NCBI GenBank assembly: GCA_002269645.1
Contig: NIVC01000023.1
Span: 1,178,001-1,242,000, forward strand
DNA: 64,000 bases
DNA from: Macrostomum lignano
Taxonomy: Eukaryota
Reading direction: 5' to 3'
Below, piece after piece: positions 59,985-64,000 of the stretch (position 1 is its first letter; every line of letters starts with the position of its first letter). Below the pieces are notes generated by a model. The model saw only the letters and a program-made list of their open reading frames with translations, was not told where the DNA came from and searched no databases. Made by a program: the position numbers and the translations under genes.

Positions 59985-60919
59985 TGTAACTCAGAGGATT
60001 GAAATCGCCTTTTATCAGATTGAATGCCAACAAGGCCATAAAGTAAAGCCAATTTCTATAAGCTTTATCTTTATGGTTATTTCGCCACTCTTTATGTTTG
60101 CATACTCGATTATATTTGGTTTAGCTGACATTACTATGCTTACTATGTAGCTATGCTTGATAAGTAGTATAACTTTTGTCGTGCTAAGTGGAACAGTGGG
60201 CATGCCAAACGGAACGGCCCATAGAGAGTTCTATGGCCTAACGATTGAATGAAATCGAGAAAGCGAGGCCATAGACAAGTCGATTTGGCATGCTTTATGG
60301 AACGATTAAATAAAATTCAAGACTGGCTTTTCATTGTCTATGGCCCAAAATGGGGTCTGTGAAGTAACAATTGGAGTTTTCTTTACAGAGAGACTAAAAT
60401 TCAGACATTAATGAAGCCTATTTCAAGTCACAATCACAAATAGAAAGCATCAAAATTGACAAAAGATCAACATTTAAGACTCAATGGCTCTCTGGGATTT
60501 CCACGTTACGGTGGCGGTAGTTTGCTAGGTTCCCTGGAATCTTTGCTTCGTTTGTCTAACCGTAACGTCAGGACCCTTCCTAGGTTGACACCGTGCGCTT
60601 TTGTGGGTGTTCACGAGCCACGAGTCCTAACAACACTGACACATCAGCTTCATCGATAGTCCATGGTGCAAGACAGCGACGATGCACGATGTACGTCTGT
60701 ACGCTGTCGGTCACGTACAGAAATTTGAGGCGTCATTATAGCAGAGCTCGATCAACGGTACGAAAATGAAAGCGTCTTGTTGTTGTCTGTGGGAAAAATT
60801 CAAATCGTTGCTATAATCTGGTTAATCGTCCCATAGTAGGACAAATCGACTTGTTTATGGCTTGCTTTCTCGATTTAATTCAATCGCTTGGCCATAGAAC
60901 TCTATGGCCAAGATTCAAG

Positions 60920-61275
60920 CCAAACCACCACAAATTCTATATTGCCTAGATGAGCCACACCCGCCACACATTCTATATTGCCTAGATGAGCCACACCCGC
61001 CACACATTCTATATTGCCTAGATGAGCCACACCCGCCACAGATTCTATATTGCCTAGATGAGCCACACCCGCCACAAATTCTATATTGCCTAGATGAGCC
61101 ACACCCGCCACAAATTCTATATTGCCTAGATGAGCCACACCCGCCACAAATTCTATATTGCCTAGATGAGCCACACCCGCCACAAATTCTATATTGCCTA
61201 GATGAGCCACACCCGCCACACATTCTATATTGCCTAGATGAGCCACACCCGCCACACATTCTATTTTGCCTAGAT
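60920..61275. repeat. 36-bp VNTR, ~10 units
   Basis: Same unit as 52320-52460. Confidence 0.93.
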
Positions 61276-61757
61276 GGGTCACTCAGTGTTATGAATAAAA
61301 ACCCCGGTGTTATGATATGACCAAAGACTATGGCTTCTGTTGCTCTCAACCATTAGCGATTAAAAAAAAGAGAAGAATAAATGTAATACTCGTTATCGAG
61401 CAATTAAAGTATTAATTTATTGAATAAGCTGCTGTGGCTGCAGCAGCAGCTAGTGTTTATGGCCCTAACCCTTGAGTTTTCCCGGGGACGTTCGCTATAT
61501 ACATTGACAAGCATTTCGCTACCCATTAACACGCATTTGGGATGCGTGTTATTGTCCACACTTGCGTGTTATTGTCCATAGATAAAAATTCAACATGTAT
61601 GCAAGTTATAGTCTATGGTTTTAATTTCATAATAACGAAAAACTGACAAACGTGCAAACGATACGGAGTTAAAAAAACGTATTTAACACAATTAAACGTT
61701 TTTTGTTAATAGCCTTTTCGAGCAACAAATTGTTTAAAATCCTTGTAAAAAAAGTCG

Positions 61758-62321
61758 TTACTCAAATTCAATACTTATCAAATTATTACCGCCATCGATA
61801 TTGAAACGCATTTTTTTTGCCGGGCTAGCTTGGATTTGAACAGGTTTGTTGTACGATACCGTAGCGACACTGCTGCTGGCGACAGTCAACACGGATGTGC
61901 AGGCGGTAGGTTTATCAAATTTTTCAGCAGCACACAAGCCGGAACCAGAGGCCTGTTCACCAGAGGCAGTCGGTGCGTAGGCTTCTATTCATACAAAATT
62001 CGAAAAAACGTTTACCGTTCTCTTCCATTTGGCGCCTGGTGCTCGCGGGCAGTCCTTCCTCGATCTCGATGCCATCTAACTGGACCAACTCAGCACTCAG
62101 ATCGCCACAAGCAGTTAGTTGTTCTTCGAACTCCTCTAAATTGTCAAGTTGTTCGGTGTCATGAAGCTCATGAAGTCGTCGATAAGCTCCCGACATTCAT
62201 CGCCGTTCGACGAAAGTCTCGTATTTACGTCTAACTCTACATCACTGACGCCACTAATCTCATCCGTCGGCAGAGCGTTGTAGTTAAGTAACGGCGGTAG
62301 AAGTTTAGTAGATGTAGACAT
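61758..62321 (-). pseudogene. Internally deleted putative tyrosine-recombinase element remnant, inserted in unit 3 only
   Basis: LLPPLLNYNALP...EEGLPASTRRQMEENGKRFFEFCMNR joined to PAKKMRFNIDGGNNLISIEFE*; direct repeats GCGTGTTATTGTC at ~61544/61565 and ~62468. Confidence 0.5.
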
Positions 62322-63294
62322 GTCTCGCTTTTAATTAATTTAGTTCTGCATACTCAAGTAGCATTTGCCCAAGCTTTATATCTCGCAGCAAACAGTTCTT
62401 ACTGATGCTCGCTTAAATGACTGTTCTGTTCAAATTGTCTTTGGCCAAAGAGACTTCTTACGAGACTGCGTGTTATTGTCTTTCTTGACCATAGACTGCT
62501 ACCCTATAGGGAAACGCTAGTCAATGCACTCATCTGCAGTCGGGGTGCATGATATTGGTATAACACGCGAGCGCCGGTAATACCATTAGCGAATGCCGAA
62601 GTGACCCATCCAGGATATAGAGAATCTGTGATATGAACAGTGACAACGTTAACCATACATAGCGATATCATAGATCCGATGATATGGTTAATGATATGAT
62701 GTACATATTTGGAATATGCTTAATTTTTAGTAGTTTTAGAATGACTACAGCTGCATACATGATACCTCGATCGTGCCAATCCCATGCTTTTGTCTTATTA
62801 ATTCCACGTCAGCTTTATTTACCTTGAGTTTTAGAGCAACCCTTTACCCTATATCTGTGCTGTGTAAAAAAGTATTGAAAATTTAATATAAAAAGTCCAA
62901 AGCATCGCTTACACGTTTAGTCTGTAAATGTGAGCTGCTATACAATCTAAGATCCACATTTTCTGTAATTTATATTTCATTTGAATTATCAATAGTTATA
63001 CGCTCATAAATCTTGTGATTCCTGGTATTTAGAGACATCCAGAAATCGTCAATTTAGAGAATCTGTAAAAATTGCAGTCTGCAGACTTTTGCTACATCTG
63101 CGGGGTCAGAGTGGATCAGAAGCGAAAATCGTAGGGTAGAGATGCTGGCATTTTATTTGATTTTTAACTTTTGATTGATGATTCATGCTGCTGGCATGCT
63201 GGATTTCAATCAATTTTCGATCTGGGATGCCGAATGGCTCTGCGATTCTGGCACTTAATAAATCAAGTTGCACCGTTGCTGGTGTACTCGCTTG

Positions 63295-64000
63295 CAGGGG
63301 CGTCGCCATGGATTTTATGGTGGGGGACAAAGCCAAGAATTCAACATGTACATGACTGAAATGACTAAATTCCTACATGTCCTTTGTTTTGAGAATCGGT
63401 GTTGTCAGCGCTCATTTTAGCGCCGCAGGCACTCATTTTAGCGCCGCAAGCACTCATTTTAGCGCCGCAAGCACTCATTTCAGCGCCACAGGCACTCATT
63501 TTAGCGCCGCAGGCACTCATTTTAGCGCCGCAAGCACTCATTTTAGCGCCGCAAGCACTCATTTTAGCGCCGCAGGCACTCATTTCAGCGCCACAGGCAC
63601 TCATTTTAGCGCCGCAAGCACTCATTTCAGCGCCGCAGGCACTCATTTCAGCGCCGCAGGCACTCATTTTAGCGCCGCAAGCACTCATTTTAGCGCCGCA
63701 GGCACTCATTTTAGCGCCGCAAGCACTCATTTTAGCGCCGCAGGCACTCATTTTAGCGCCGCAGGCACTGATTTTAGCGCCGCAGGCACTCATTTTAGCG
63801 CCGCAAGCACTCATTTTAGCGCCGCAAGCACTCATTTTAGCGCCGCAAGCACTCCTTTTAGCACCACAGGCACTCATTTTAGCGCCGCAGGCACTCATTT
63901 TGGCGCCGCAGGCACTCATTTTAGCGCCGCAGGCACTCATTTTAGCGCCGCAAGCACTCATTTTAGCGCCGCAAGCACTCATTTTAGCACCACAGGCACT
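63295..64000 (+). mobile_element. Duplicated copy of the hAT MITE with its 21-bp array (runs off window)
   Basis: Same left flank CTCGCTTG and CAGGGGCGTCGCCA end as 53404. Confidence 0.92.

Larger units (their letters stand above)
47757..64000 (+). repeat. Tandem segmental duplication: unit 2 (~47757-55240) and unit 3 (~55294 to window end); unit 1 (~37150-47300) is a more diverged relative
   Basis: Colinear near-identical blocks, e.g. 51080-53520 versus 59680-61500 plus 62585-63410; both units contain the same MITE insertion site. Confidence 0.9.

Overview
Eukaryotic (animal) genomic DNA with spliceosomal GT-AG introns, GC-rich host exons and minisatellite-filled introns. The style resembles a Macrostomum-like flatworm, but that is inference only. 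From left to right the window holds: (1) a 5'-incomplete multi-exon gene for a helical-repeat/coiled-coil/Death/TIR/TIR protein ending in a CaaX box; (2) a complete 5-exon MTRR and a 2-exon Mff on the minus strand; (3) an AT-rich stretch with MITEs; (4) a hAT-type MITE split by two CMC/EnSpm-type insertions, one a 7.26-kb element with an intact 765-aa transposase and a 7-exon BEN-like accessory gene; (5) a Tc1/IS630 deletion derivative; (6) a three-copy tandem cluster of 4-exon GT32 (DXD) glycosyltransferase genes with chimeric exons, antisense exon fragments, a composite Helitron, hAT MITEs and several stubs of a putative tyrosine-recombinase (Crypton-like) element family marked by CCATAGAC/GACAATAACACG motifs. 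All exon structures were read by eye and checked for phase; no database searches were run.
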